64,000 bases of DNA from Alphaproteobacteria bacterium (GTDB lineage: Bacteria; Pseudomonadota; Alphaproteobacteria; UBA7887). Both the position numbers and the translations under genes were made by a program. The DNA is taken from contig CBDCGL010000011.1 in assembly GCA_965216755.1 (NCBI GenBank), positions 1,088,001-1,152,000 on the forward strand. The letters are read 5' to 3'. Under the pieces are notes generated by a model. That model worked only from the letters and a program-made list of their open reading frames with translations. It did not search any database and was not told the origin of the DNA. Each line of letters begins with the position of its first letter. Position 1 is the first letter of the stretch. Below, one piece after another: positions 10,046 to 21,060 of the stretch.

Positions 10046-10537
10046 TCAGGCAATGAGCTTTTCAATCGTCCGCAAGACCCGCGGGGCCCGCGGGGATGTG
10101 ATGGTCGAAAACCAGCCAGCAAAGCGGCCCTCACCATCAATCAGGTATTTGTGAAAATTCCAGCGGGGCCGGCGCATAACGCCGGCGCATTCGCCCGCCC
10201 ACCGATAAAACGGGTGGGCGTCGGCGCCGGTGACCTTCACCTTTTCGGTCAGGGGAAATGTAATTCCGTATCGGACACTGCAATAGTCTTTGATCTCTCT
10301 CCCGTTGCGCGGTTCTTGTTCCAAGAAGTCGTTCGAAGGCACGCCGATCAGCACAAAGGGATCGTCTTGCAAACGCTCCCACAGCGCCTGCAAATCTTCA
10401 AATTGGCGCGCAAACCCACATTCGGTGGCTGTATTCACCACAAGCATCGCGCGCCCCCGATAGGCGTCCAGAGGTAAGCTGTTACCATCCAATCCCTCAA
10501 AAGTGAATTCATGAGCCGTGGTTTCCGACATCGACAT
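10046..10537 (-). CDS. Glutathione peroxidase (Cys type)
   Basis: VVNTATECGF, GVPSNDFLEQEP, PRWNFHKYLID. Confidence 0.93.
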   Translation of the reverse strand: MSMSETTAHEFTFEGLDGNSLPLDAYRGRAMLVVNTATECGFARQFEDLQALWERLQDDPFVLIGVPSNDFLEQEPRNGREIKDYCSVRYGITFPLTEKVKVTGADAHPFYRWAGECAGVMRRPRWNFHKYLIDGEGRFAGWFSTITSPRAPRVLRTIEKLIA

Positions 10538-10758
10538 TCAAGCAACGATCCTCTACCAATCCGAACACAGCTGGCCAGGCCCCGAAAAACAGCGTTTCGA
10601 TGTGCGGTTCGCGCGGCGCGGCCACCGTATTATACAGTACGGCGCGCGCAAGCGGATGGACGCAGGGGCATGGGTTGCCGTTGCCGGTACGGTGGCCTGG
10701 CGCCGACACAGTCGACGGTGTGCGTTGCCGGCGCTGACTTCTTGATCAGGAGCTTGTC

Positions 10759-11520
10759 ATGGATCTGGGGCTTACGGGAAAACGCGCGATTGTAACTGGA
10801 GGCACAAGGGGGATCGGACGGGCCATTGCGCAGCACCTGGCAGCGGACGGGTGCAACGTGGCCGTCTGCGCGCGAACGGAAGCAGCAATCCCGGGCGTCG
10901 TAGCCCATCTCCAATCCATGGGTGTTACGGCGACCGGCGGCGCGGTCGACGTGCGTGACGGCGCCGCGCTACGCACCTGGATCGGGTCGGCTGCGGAGAC
11001 ACTGGGTGGACTCGACATTCTCGTTGCGAATGTCAGCGGATTTGGCACTACGCTAGACGAAGATGGCTGGCGCAGCGGGTTTGACTCCGACATCTTGGGC
11101 ACGTTCCATGCAGTGGAAGCGGCCCTGCCTATTATCGAGAACTCGGGCGCGGGTGCGCTCGTCGCGATCGCCAGTACCGCGGCTTTGGAATTCTTCGGTG
11201 GTGTCCGTCCCTACAACGCGATCAAGGCCGCGGTTATTAACTATATGTCCAATCTTGCCGTCGAATTGGCACCCAAAGGCATACGTGCGAATACGGTTTC
11301 GCCCGGAACCATCTATTTTGAAGGCGGCGTTTGGCATCAACGCGAACAGAATTCGCCGGAGATCTTTCAACGCGCGCTTGCCCACAATCCCAGCGGCCGG
11401 ATGGGGCGTCCCGACGAAGTTGCCAAAGCAGCGGTATTCTTGGCTAGTCCAGCCGCAAGTTTTGTCACCGGGGCCAATTTGGTTGTGGACGGCGCGCTGA
11501 CGCGGCGTGTGCAATATTGA
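10759..11520 (+). CDS. Short-chain dehydrogenase/reductase
   Basis: TGGTRGIG, YNAIK (YxxxK), NTVSPG, VDGA. Confidence 0.92.
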   Translation: MDLGLTGKRAIVTGGTRGIGRAIAQHLAADGCNVAVCARTEAAIPGVVAHLQSMGVTATGGAVDVRDGAALRTWIGSAAETLGGLDILVANVSGFGTTLDEDGWRSGFDSDILGTFHAVEAALPIIENSGAGALVAIASTAALEFFGGVRPYNAIKAAVINYMSNLAVELAPKGIRANTVSPGTIYFEGGVWHQREQNSPEIFQRALAHNPSGRMGRPDEVAKAAVFLASPAASFVTGANLVVDGALTRRVQY

Positions 11521-11922
11521 GCTTTGGTCTGAGTCGCGCAATCGAACATGTCGAGCACCCTGCGGTTCGTCGGGGAGTCACACTCGCAACCCTCATATGG
11601 TGTGGGCCGGTCAACACTGCTGACAGTGATCCGGCCAATGCATATCGTGCATGTGCGCGTTGATGTCTGCCGCTCGCCATGAAGCAATTGCGCCTTGTGC
11701 GTGCCGAGGACGCGGCGCGCGTGGTCACCGAAACTTGCCGACAGAACTGTCGTGCCACGGCCGATGAAGCCGACGTCTCAACGGACACCTAGAGTTCGCT
11801 GCTCGCCGAAACACTGGACAAAATACCCAAACCGCCTTATTGGGGCTTGCCCAGCAAACAAGAGACGATTGACTGAACGACCGTCGGCAACGGCGCGCGT
11901 GTTATGGAGTGTGGGACCCATC

Positions 11923-14100
11923 ATGGATTATGTGAAATCCGGCCAAATCTCGGTAGCAAAAGAGCTTTTTGACTTCATCAATGACGAAGCCTTGCCGGGT
12001 ACGGGCGTTTCTGCGGAGCAGTTCTGGTCTGGTCTTACCGGCGTGATCGAGGACCTGGCACCCACCAATCGAGCACTGCTGGCAACCAGAGAGGAGTTCC
12101 AAGCCAAGATCGACGCTTGGCACAAGGAACGCCGGGGCCAAGCCCACGACTTGGAGGCTTATAAACAGTTCTTGCGCGAAATCGGCTATCTGCACGACGA
12201 AGGCGGCGCGTTTTCCGTCACAACAACCAACGTCGACCCAGAAATCGCTACCGTCGCAGGACCACAGCTCGTGGTGCCAGTGATGAACGCGCGTTACGCG
12301 CTCAATGCTGCGAATGCCCGTTGGGGAAGTTTATACGACGCCCTCTACGGAACCGACGCCATCGCGGAAGATAACGGCGCGGAACGCGGTGGCGCGTACA
12401 ATCCGGTTCGCGGCGAGCGGGTCATCGAATTCGCTCGAAATTTCCTGGATGACGCGGCGCCGCTTGCCGGGGCCAGTCATAGTGATGTCGCGCAATACAC
12501 CGTCGCTGACGGCGGGTTACAGGTAACATTAGTTAATGGCCAATCAACCGGACTAGAGCAACCAGAGAAGCTTGCAGGCTATCACGGCAACGCCGATGCG
12601 CCGTCCGCGGTGCTGCTGCGCAATAACGATTTGCACATAGAGATCGCGATCGACCGCAACCACCCTATCGGCGGGTCGGATAGAGCTGGCGTTAGCGACG
12701 TAATCTTAGAGGCCGCCGTCACGACAATCATGGACTGCGAGGATTCGGTCGCCGCGGTCGACGCCGCCGATAAAGTGACCGTCTATCGCAACTGGCTCGG
12801 GCTGATGAGAGGCGACCTGGCGGCGACCTTCGCCAAGGGCGGCCAAACCATTGAGAGACGTCTAAACCCAGATCGAACCTACACCAACCCGGACGGCGCG
12901 GGGACAGTAACGTTTCACGGCCGCAGCTTGATGTTGGTCCGCAATGTCGGCCATCTGATGATGATCGATGCGGTACGGGACAAAAACGGCGCGCCGGTGC
13001 CGGAAGGCATACTGGACGGAATGGTCACGGCCATGATCGCCATGCACGATCTTGCTGGCGGCGGTCCGCTGCGCAACAGCCGCGCCGGTTCGGTCTACAT
13101 CGTTAAGCCCAAAATGCATGGCCCAGAGGAGGTCGCATTTACCAGCGAACTTTTTGGCCGCGTAGAAGATGCGTTGGGGCTGCCGAAGTTCACCATGAAA
13201 GTCGGCATCATGGACGAGGAACGGCGTACCACCGTAAACCTCAAGGAATGCATTCGTGCCGCGAAAGACAGGGTTGCCTTCATCAACACCGGATTCTTGG
13301 ACCGTACTGGCGACGAGATTCACACCTCGATGGAAGCGGGTCCGATGATCCGCAAGGGCGATATGAAATCGGCCCACTGGATCCAGGCGTACGAGGACTG
13401 GAATGTCGATGTCGGCCTGGAATGCGGGCTCAAAGGCCACGCGCAAATTGGCAAAGGCATGTGGGCGATGCCGGATCTGATGGCCGACATGCTAAAAATC
13501 AAGATCGGACACCCACGGGCCGGCGCGAACACGGCTTGGGTGCCCTCGCCCACGGCCGCCACCCTGCATGCAACGCACTATCACCAAATCGATGTCGCCA
13601 CGCGCCAAGCCGAAATCAAATCACGCCCACGCGCCAGCCTTGACCACATCCTGACAATACCGCTGGCGGAACGCCCGAACTGGCCACCGGAAGCCATCCG
13701 AGAAGAGCTCGATAACAATGCCCAAGGAATCCTTGGCTACGTGGTTCGATGGGTCGAACTGGGTGTCGGTTGTTCGAAGGTGCCCGACATCAATGACATC
13801 GGGCTGATGGAAGACCGCGCGACACTGCGTATTTCAAGCCAGCACATTGCCAATTGGCTGCATCACGACATTTGTACCAAGGCGCAGGTCCAGGAAACAT
13901 TGGAACGCATGGCGGCGGTTGTGGATGACCAGAATGCGGGCGACCCCGCATATCGCGCCATGGCGCCAAACTTCGACGACAGCGTCGCGTTTCAGGCCGC
14001 CCGCGATCTTGTCTTTGGGGGGCGTGCCCAGCCGAGCGGCTATACGGAACCGATCCTTCATGCCCGGCGCGCAGAGGCCAAAGCGAAATTCGGCTTATAG
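11923..14100 (+). CDS. glcB: Malate synthase G
   Basis: [65 protein letters not shown]; start trimmed to ATG 11923. Confidence 0.97.
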   Translation: MDYVKSGQISVAKELFDFINDEALPGTGVSAEQFWSGLTGVIEDLAPTNRALLATREEFQAKIDAWHKERRGQAHDLEAYKQFLREIGYLHDEGGAFSVTTTNVDPEIATVAGPQLVVPVMNARYALNAANARWGSLYDALYGTDAIAEDNGAERGGAYNPVRGERVIEFARNFLDDAAPLAGASHSDVAQYTVADGGLQVTLVNGQSTGLEQPEKLAGYHGNADAPSAVLLRNNDLHIEIAIDRNHPIGGSDRAGVSDVILEAAVTTIMDCEDSVAAVDAADKVTVYRNWLGLMRGDLAATFAKGGQTIERRLNPDRTYTNPDGAGTVTFHGRSLMLVRNVGHLMMIDAVRDKNGAPVPEGILDGMVTAMIAMHDLAGGGPLRNSRAGSVYIVKPKMHGPEEVAFTSELFGRVEDALGLPKFTMKVGIMDEERRTTVNLKECIRAAKDRVAFINTGFLDRTGDEIHTSMEAGPMIRKGDMKSAHWIQAYEDWNVDVGLECGLKGHAQIGKGMWAMPDLMADMLKIKIGHPRAGANTAWVPSPTAATLHATHYHQIDVATRQAEIKSRPRASLDHILTIPLAERPNWPPEAIREELDNNAQGILGYVVRWVELGVGCSKVPDINDIGLMEDRATLRISSQHIANWLHHDICTKAQVQETLERMAAVVDDQNAGDPAYRAMAPNFDDSVAFQAARDLVFGGRAQPSGYTEPILHARRAEAKAKFGL

Positions 14101-14341
14101 CCACACGGGTTTTCCAAGTTCGACATGGGTCGTCGGCCATAGACCCGAATTTCGCCACAACCACACAAGCCCTTCAAACGGGTCTAAACGCACTTGAATT
14201 CATAGTTCCCTCACCAAGACATGTGACGAGTGCGTATCGTCGATTTGTCACAACGGAACATCACTAGTCACCGGGCCTCGGCCGAAGCACACACTATGCT
14301 TTCCCATACATGGAAACCGCAAACGATGGGAAAGCAAGAAA

Positions 14342-14731
14342 ATGAAATTAGGTACCTTTATCGCGGTTATGCTCTTCGCTTGTTCCGCCATGCTGGGTTA
14401 TCAAACCGCTTCGGCAGACGAGACAAAACTCGGAATCGCTTTGGATGCGGATGATCTGAGCACGGTCCGCGGCCTAGGGAAAACGCCGACGGCAACTGCG
14501 CTCCATGGTTTGCCGGGCAACAATCCGGCAAATGGCGGCAATTCGGCGAATCCCAATGGCGTCGGCGCGGACGGAAACGCAAACGTCAATGGCGGCATTC
14601 ACAATATTGGCGGCGGCGCCCCTGGTATTGTCGGGTTGCATCCGGTCAGAGATGGTCACGACCCCGCCGGTACCATGCATGGTGGGTTAAACGCCACGAC
14701 GGGGCGAAGTACGCCGGCCGTTCTGCAATAG
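14342..14731 (+). CDS. Small secreted Gly/Asn-rich protein
   Basis: Sec signal ending ASA-D, LDADDLSTVRG segment, low-complexity G/N/P core. Confidence 0.7.
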   Translation: MKLGTFIAVMLFACSAMLGYQTASADETKLGIALDADDLSTVRGLGKTPTATALHGLPGNNPANGGNSANPNGVGADGNANVNGGIHNIGGGAPGIVGLHPVRDGHDPAGTMHGGLNATTGRSTPAVLQ

Positions 14732-14746
14732 CCGCTTGCGGCCAAC

Positions 14747-15661
14747 TTACTCCGGCGCCTGCTTGACATTGGTTCGCGCCCACGCCGCAATATCGGCATG
14801 GGTCGCGAACCAGACATCGCCTCGGGCGCGGGCATGACGAATCAGCTCTTCCACAATCCAGATGCGTGACCGATAACCGATGATGTGGGGATGAAACGTT
14901 AATTGGCAGATGCCGCCGTCATCGAACGCCATATCGAATTCACGACGAAATATATCGAAGACCGCCATCGGCGGCGTATGTGGTCGCAATCCTTGAAACC
15001 GATGCATCATGAGGTAGACAGCGTCGTCACGAACCCATTCCACGGGAAGCTCGACAACACCGGTGGGCGCACCATCCAGGAGTAATTCGTAGCAATCCTC
15101 GTCGGCCATCAGCGACGAGTCATATTCAAGCCCCATTTCTTGCGCGATCTTCAACGTGTGCGGACTGAAGTCCCATGACGGCGTCCGCATACCCACCGGA
15201 CGTATCCCCGTAATTTCGGTCAGCGTTTCGGACGACCGCATCATGAGCTCGCGCTCCGCCTCGTAAGACAGCACCGAGTTCAGCTCGTGGATCCAGCCAT
15301 GCATACCGATCTCATGTCCGTCGTCGACAATGCGGCGCTGCTCGTCTGGATACAGCAACGCGGTCACGGCCGGAACGTAGAATGTTGCCTGTACGTCATG
15401 TTTCTTGAGCAATTTCTGGATTCGCGGCACGCCAACTCGGTGCCCATATTGTCCCCATGACAAGCGACCGATGGAGCCACCGCCGTCCCGCAGCTCGTTG
15501 GTCTCGTGATCGGAGTCAAAGGACAACGCCACCGCGCAACGTGCGCCGTCCTTCCATGATGCCGGCCGAAGCCGGCGACCGGCGCGCACGTGATCCACAA
15601 TTTTTCGCCATTGCGCCTCGGGCCACTGCCAGGGCTCAAGCGTTGTCTTGTCTTTGGGCAT
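14747..15661 (-). CDS. Polysaccharide deacetylase (CE4/PuuE-like) family protein
   Basis: ALSFDSD, ATFYVP, HEIGMHGWIHE, GMRTPSWD, YDSSLM, HPHIIG. Confidence 0.88.
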   Translation of the reverse strand: MPKDKTTLEPWQWPEAQWRKIVDHVRAGRRLRPASWKDGARCAVALSFDSDHETNELRDGGGSIGRLSWGQYGHRVGVPRIQKLLKKHDVQATFYVPAVTALLYPDEQRRIVDDGHEIGMHGWIHELNSVLSYEAERELMMRSSETLTEITGIRPVGMRTPSWDFSPHTLKIAQEMGLEYDSSLMADEDCYELLLDGAPTGVVELPVEWVRDDAVYLMMHRFQGLRPHTPPMAVFDIFRREFDMAFDDGGICQLTFHPHIIGYRSRIWIVEELIRHARARGDVWFATHADIAAWARTNVKQAPE

Positions 15662-15680
15662 CCCAATTCCTCGCGCACGT

Positions 15681-16976
15681 TTATGGCAACGGCCGATGGG
15701 CGGACTCTCGCAATCTCAAAATAACCAAGCTGCTGACTATTGCCGCAGCAATAACATAGAACACGGGCGAAATTGGTGATCCAGTGGAGCTGATTAGCCA
15801 AGTTGCAATGAACGGCGCGAAGCCCCCGAATATGGCCACCGCGAAGCTGTAACCAATCGACATCCATGTCGTACGGCCGTGGGTCGGAAATAACTCAGCT
15901 ATGGCAGCAGGACCAGGGCCGGAAAAAGTCGCGATCAACAGCGCAAACAAGACTTGGACGGCGATCACGGTGGCAAACGAAACGCCGCCCAGAAGTAGGC
16001 TGAATAATGGGTAGGGCAACAGGATAAAACCGATGCAGCAGGCCAGCAACAAAGGCTTGCGTCCCACCCGGTCTGACCAATAGCCGAACAAGGGTACGGC
16101 TGCGACCAATACGAAAAGCCCGATGGTGTTCGACCACAACGCTTGTTCGCGGGACAAATCAAGTTGGCGTTGTGCAAATGTCGGCATGTATGACAAGAAT
16201 ATGTAGTAAGAGACCGTCCACAAAATCGTAAATCCGAATGCACGCGCGGCCAACTTGGGCCCCGACAGGTCTTGGAGGGCGCCTGCCTGCGGTAGCTCGG
16301 TGGCGCGCTCGCGGTAAACTGGCGTCTCGTCAATGTGGCGACGGATATATATGCCAACCGGCCCGATGATGCCGCCCAGCAAGAATGGAATCCGCCAGCC
16401 CCAAGATTCCATGGCTTCGACGGACAACATTGTGCTGATCAAGGCCGCGACCCCCGACCCGAGCAACAGGCCGGCGGCAACGCTGCACTGCTGAAAGCTG
16501 CCCACAAAACCACGCCGCCCCTCGCCCGCCCATTCAACGATAAACGCCGTCGACCCGCCCCATTCGCCGCCGGCGGAGAACCCTTGAACGAGGCGAGCGA
16601 AGACGATCAAGGCGGGTGCAAAAACCCCGATGGTTTCAAAGTTCGGCACCAACCCGACGAGCACCGTGCCGAAGGCCATCAGATAGATCGTCGTCATCAA
16701 AGCGACCTTGCGGCCGCGCAGATCGCCCAAACGGCCGATGATGATGCCGCCCAGCGGCCGCGCCACGAAACCAACACCGAACGCGGCGAATGCGGCCAAG
16801 AGCGACGTTGCCTCGTTGTCTGACGGGAAGATCTGAGTCGCGATGACTCCAGCCATAAAGCCGTATACAGCAAAGTCGTACCATTCCAAGACGTTGCCGA
16901 TCACAGCCGCAACCACAGCGCGGCGCGCCCCTTTGGATACGTCGCCCACATCATGCATGCGCGGCTGGTCAATCAT
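15681..16976 (-). CDS. MFS transporter, MHS (ProP/KgtP-like) family
   Basis: GNVLEWYDF, RPLGG, RLVQGFSAGGEWGG, WGWRIPF; about 12 TM segments. Confidence 0.93.
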   Translation of the reverse strand: MIDQPRMHDVGDVSKGARRAVVAAVIGNVLEWYDFAVYGFMAGVIATQIFPSDNEATSLLAAFAAFGVGFVARPLGGIIIGRLGDLRGRKVALMTTIYLMAFGTVLVGLVPNFETIGVFAPALIVFARLVQGFSAGGEWGGSTAFIVEWAGEGRRGFVGSFQQCSVAAGLLLGSGVAALISTMLSVEAMESWGWRIPFLLGGIIGPVGIYIRRHIDETPVYRERATELPQAGALQDLSGPKLAARAFGFTILWTVSYYIFLSYMPTFAQRQLDLSREQALWSNTIGLFVLVAAVPLFGYWSDRVGRKPLLLACCIGFILLPYPLFSLLLGGVSFATVIAVQVLFALLIATFSGPGPAAIAELFPTHGRTTWMSIGYSFAVAIFGGFAPFIATWLISSTGSPISPVFYVIAAAIVSSLVILRLRESAHRPLP

Positions 16977-17134
16977 TGTGGAAATCGTATCGCTGGCGCC
17001 CGACCGGGGCGGCGTTTGAACACATTTGGGTCGCTGTGACTATAGCACGGCTTTCGCACTTGACATTGCTAGCCTTTCCGCGTTTGTCGTCAAACAAGGT
17101 CAGCAAAAAATCGTGCTTTTTGATCGATTGAACC

Positions 17135-18286
17135 ATGACAAATTCCGACTCAGACGCCTTGGAAACCAAGCTTGTTCATGCTGGGGAAACCCGCGTTGAC
17201 GGCGCCGTGCGCCTGCCGATATTCCAAAGCGCCATGTTCGAGTATGCCGGCAACGACCCCAGGGGCGCGCGCTATATTCGTTACTTCAACACCCCCAATC
17301 AAACGGCCCTGAGTGACAAACTGGCCACTCTGGAAGGTGCCGAGGCGGGTCTCGTGACGGCCAGCGGCATGGGCGCCATTTCGTCCGTATTGTTGACCTT
17401 GCTCCAATCTGATGACCATTTTCTCGCCCTGGAGTCACTTTATGGCGGTACGCACGAGTTAATTCACAAAGTGTTGCCGCGTTTCGGCGTGACGCACTCA
17501 GTGATCGATGGCAATCGCCCGGAAAGTTGGGCCCAACATGTGCGTCCCAACACCAAGGCCGTCTACGTTGAAACGATCACAAACCCACTTTTGCGCGTTC
17601 CGGATCACACGGAAATCGTGCGTTTCTGCAAACATCACGGGCTTACTTCCATCATCGACAATACGTTCGCGTCGCCGGTACTTTTTCGCCCGCCCCAACA
17701 CGGTTATGACATCTCATTGCACAGTGCCACCAAGTACCTCAATGGCCATTCGGATGTCGTCGCCGGTGCGATTTTGTCGACGGCATCACTTATCGCCACG
17801 GTTCGGTCCACGCTCCACAGCCTCGGCAGTGCGCTGGATCCGCATGCCGCCTTCTTGGTTAACCGCGGCGTCAACACGCTGGCTGTGCGCATCCAATATC
17901 AATGCGATAGCGCCTTGAAAGTGGCGCAATTTCTGGAAAGCCACGAACAGGTTCGAGCGGTGAGCTACCCCGGTCTTGAGAGTCACCCGGACTACGACCG
18001 GGCCCGCGATCTGCTTGATGGATTTGGTGGGATGGTGAGTTTCGAGCTCAAAGACGGCCTTGATGCGGCCGAACGGTTTTTGTCGCGCGTGCGAATTCCA
18101 ATCATCGCACCCAGCCTGGGCGGCCCAGAGACGGTCATGACGCGGCCCGCCATCACCTCCCATGTCGGCCTTTCGGCCGATGCCAGACAGCAGCTCGGCA
18201 TCGGTGATGGCCTTATTCGCTGCTCGATCGGGCTTGAATCTCCCGACGATTTGATTAGTGACTTTCAGAATGCACTTAGTACATAG
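17135..18286 (+). CDS. PLP-dependent trans-sulfuration enzyme (cystathionine/methionine gamma-lyase family)
   Basis: ASGMGAI, YGGT, ETITNP, DNTFASP, HSATKYLNGHSD, SLGG. Confidence 0.92.
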   Translation: MTNSDSDALETKLVHAGETRVDGAVRLPIFQSAMFEYAGNDPRGARYIRYFNTPNQTALSDKLATLEGAEAGLVTASGMGAISSVLLTLLQSDDHFLALESLYGGTHELIHKVLPRFGVTHSVIDGNRPESWAQHVRPNTKAVYVETITNPLLRVPDHTEIVRFCKHHGLTSIIDNTFASPVLFRPPQHGYDISLHSATKYLNGHSDVVAGAILSTASLIATVRSTLHSLGSALDPHAAFLVNRGVNTLAVRIQYQCDSALKVAQFLESHEQVRAVSYPGLESHPDYDRARDLLDGFGGMVSFELKDGLDAAERFLSRVRIPIIAPSLGGPETVMTRPAITSHVGLSADARQQLGIGDGLIRCSIGLESPDDLISDFQNALST

Positions 18287-18400
18287 CCGAGGTTCCCCTA
18301 TGGCCACGATTTGGCCTGGTCTTTGCGTCGGCCGCAATTTGCACGCGACGTCCGCGCACTGTGATAGTATTTGGCACGCAATGGTGAGGACTGCTACAGC

Positions 18401-19210
18401 ATGTTGAGGCGCGTTTGTCCGGTTACGCGCACGCGGGTTCCCATACCGTGCCGTATGTGTCCGGTTCGAAATTGGACGGTGTGCGAAGCGCTGCCGCGCG
18501 ACCAATTGGCGACCGTTGAAACGTTCAAGGCTGGCGATCGCATTCTTGACGCAGGCGCCGATGTTTATCGCGAAGGCGAGCCGTGGCGCGAACTCTACAC
18601 CGTCATGTCCGGCTGGATGTATTTGTATAAGCTGTTGCCGGACGGGCGACGCCAAATCACAATGGTCGCCCTTCCCGGCGATTTCATCGGATTTTCCGCC
18701 GACCTTGATGGCCATATGGACCACTCCGCGCACACCTTGACCCCCGTGCGCTTATGCGCGTTCCCGCGCGCGAATTTCCTGAACTTGGTCCGCGATCACC
18801 CCGAGTTGGCCATTCGCCTGACCTGGATCATCGCGCACAATGCGGAACTTGGTCGCGACCATCTGACTAGCGTCGGCCGCCGATCGGCGCGCGAGCGCGT
18901 CGCGCATTTTCTTCTCGAACTCTTTTATCGGGTTCGGCTGCGGGAATCGGAGGCGATCGGGAGCACGATCGAACTTCCCTTGACCCAAGAGCATATCGCG
19001 GACGCCTTAGGCTTGACCGCCGTGCACGTCAATCGCATGCTGCGCGGATTGCGCGAAGACGGGTTGATCGAGGTTGAGCGCCACAAGCTACATGTTGTGG
19101 ATCCGGACCGTCTCGCCGATATTGCCGGGTTCGATGACGACATGTTTGATCGGCTTATGGACCCGGGTCCCCACCAAGAGTGTCCCCAACAGCCCCGCCG
19201 CGCCAGCTAA
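18401..19210 (+). CDS. Crp/Fnr-family regulator with N-terminal Cys cluster
   Basis: CRMCPVRNWTVC (Cx2Cx7C), PGDFIG, VRLCAF, LTQEHIADALGLTAVHVNR HTH; start could be 18371 or 18401. Confidence 0.9.
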   Translation: MLRRVCPVTRTRVPIPCRMCPVRNWTVCEALPRDQLATVETFKAGDRILDAGADVYREGEPWRELYTVMSGWMYLYKLLPDGRRQITMVALPGDFIGFSADLDGHMDHSAHTLTPVRLCAFPRANFLNLVRDHPELAIRLTWIIAHNAELGRDHLTSVGRRSARERVAHFLLELFYRVRLRESEAIGSTIELPLTQEHIADALGLTAVHVNRMLRGLREDGLIEVERHKLHVVDPDRLADIAGFDDDMFDRLMDPGPHQECPQQPRRAS

Positions 19211-19299
19211 CAACGTTGGTCGCCTGACATATAGCGGTTCAAGAATATGGTTCGGCTCTTTGCAGGACCGGCCATTTTGTCCGGCCAGGTGAACGGAGC

Positions 19300-19623
19300 C
19301 TACGTCGTGGTTGAGTCGTAGAACGGCGCGGCCGTCAAGATCTTATTTTCTTGATGTTGCACAAAGGACGCCGCCTTTTCGAGATAGGCTAACCAAGCCG
19401 GGTCTTTCAAGAGGCCGCCACGGCGCGCGGCACGATCAGCTAGATCCTTGTACCGCCACATATGCACCACTTGATTGAGCTGCCCGATATCCATGGATAC
19501 GTACCAACCGACGCAATCGCCCAAATGCTTTTGCTGCAAAGGCCACCCCTCTTCCCCGTAAGCTTTCAGGAATGCGGGCATCTTGCCTGGATAAATCGTG
19601 TAAGTCCGATGGTCGACGATCAT
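19300..19623 (-). CDS. NIPSNAP family protein
   Basis: RTYTIYPG, IGQLNQVVHMWRY, QENKIL. Confidence 0.9.
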   Translation of the reverse strand: MIVDHRTYTIYPGKMPAFLKAYGEEGWPLQQKHLGDCVGWYVSMDIGQLNQVVHMWRYKDLADRAARRGGLLKDPAWLAYLEKAASFVQHQENKILTAAPFYDSTTT

Positions 19624-19644
19624 GAAATCCTCCAGTTACGCGAA

Positions 19645-20277
19645 TTATGCCGATGCGCTCGGACGCGCGGTCATGGCGGCATACCAACGCGCGACATTTG
19701 AGCAAGCATCCGGCATAGCAATCTCTGCCCGAGCCGCAAATCCAATCGCACAGGTCAAAGTTATGTCCGCGATGGAGAAGCGGGCGCCTGCCAAAAACTC
19801 ATTTTCCGCCAAGTGCGGGTCGATCTTATGCAAGAATCGATCAACCACGGCCTTGCCACGTTCCACAAGCGCCGGTATCTGCGGCACGCCGCTGGGTTCG
19901 CCGGCAAGCGCACGATCTTCAAACATCGGCGCCGAATTGCGCACGGCGTCGCCGGCTGCCATGAAACCGTGGATCTCCGCCCGACGATCCCACATTTCCA
20001 CGATCGCTTTATCCTTTGCATCCACGCCCATCAATGGCGGCGCGGGCTGTATCTCCTCGAAATAGCGGCAAATCGCCGCAGATTCACCGATCCTCGTCCC
20101 ATCATCGAGTTCGAGAACCGGCACGACAGAGAAAGGGTTCACGGCCCGAAACTCGTCGGAGAATTGCTCACGTTCGCGCGTGTTGACTTGCACCATCGGG
20201 ACTTCGATCGATTTCTCGGCAAGAAACATCCGCACCCGACGTGGATTTGGTGCCAGGCCAAAATCATAGAGCTTCAT
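19645..20277 (-). CDS. Glutathione S-transferase
   Basis: APNPRRVRMFLAEK, VPVLELDDG, ESAAICRY, FSIADIT; GGAGG RBS before ATG 20277. Confidence 0.92.
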   Translation of the reverse strand: MKLYDFGLAPNPRRVRMFLAEKSIEVPMVQVNTREREQFSDEFRAVNPFSVVPVLELDDGTRIGESAAICRYFEEIQPAPPLMGVDAKDKAIVEMWDRRAEIHGFMAAGDAVRNSAPMFEDRALAGEPSGVPQIPALVERGKAVVDRFLHKIDPHLAENEFLAGARFSIADITLTCAIGFAARAEIAMPDACSNVARWYAAMTARPSASA

Positions 20278-20299
20278 ACGGGCCTCCGTTACATATTCT

Positions 20300-21001
20300 T
20301 CAAGTCTCATCCCAATGGAACGTACTGAACGCAGAAACCGGTACGCGTTCAGTCTTCAACGCGTTAGCCGGCGCGGTCTCATCGATAAATCCGATCGACA
20401 TGCCACAAATGACGATCTGGTCATCTGGAATGCCCAAATGCTCGCGCAGCACCTTGTGATAGCGCGCAAAGGCAACTTGCGGACAACTGTGTAGCCCGGC
20501 GCCACGCGCCGCGATCATGATGTTCTCGATGAACATGCCGTAGTCTAGCCAACTGCCGACTTCAAGAACCCGATCCATCGTAAAAATAAGCCCGACTGGG
20601 GCATCAAAAAATTGGTAGTTGCGGGCGACTTGAACCGCCATTTTCTCGCTATCGCCCTTTTTAATCCCGACCAAGCCATACAGATCCCAACCAACTTTGC
20701 GGCGACGGCTTTTGTAAGGTTCGGGAAAATGTGCTGGGTAATACTCAAACTCGGCGTCATGTTCATCGCCATGACGATAGTGGGCCGCAACCAGCGCTTC
20801 GGTTAACTTCCGTTGGGCCGCACCAGAGACAACATGGACTTGCCAAGGCTGCATGTTTGTGCCGCTTGGCGCGCGGCTAGCGACTTCCAGTAAATGCTCA
20901 ACTTGCTCACGGGATACGGGCGTGGGCAAAAACCCACGCACGGAGCGCCGGCTGGTGATGGCCGCATCGACGATCGCGGTCGCGTCTAGAGTGTCAGTCA
21001 T
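20300..21001 (-). CDS. Nitroreductase family protein
   Basis: RRSVRGF, RAPSGTNMQPW, FFDAPVG, GLHSCPQ. Confidence 0.92.
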   Translation of the reverse strand: MTDTLDATAIVDAAITSRRSVRGFLPTPVSREQVEHLLEVASRAPSGTNMQPWQVHVVSGAAQRKLTEALVAAHYRHGDEHDAEFEYYPAHFPEPYKSRRRKVGWDLYGLVGIKKGDSEKMAVQVARNYQFFDAPVGLIFTMDRVLEVGSWLDYGMFIENIMIAARGAGLHSCPQVAFARYHKVLREHLGIPDDQIVICGMSIGFIDETAPANALKTERVPVSAFSTFHWDET

Positions 21002-21060
21002 AGTGGCTCTTCAAAATCAATGTGAAACAACGACGCTTCTGGTCATACGTTCGCAAACCA

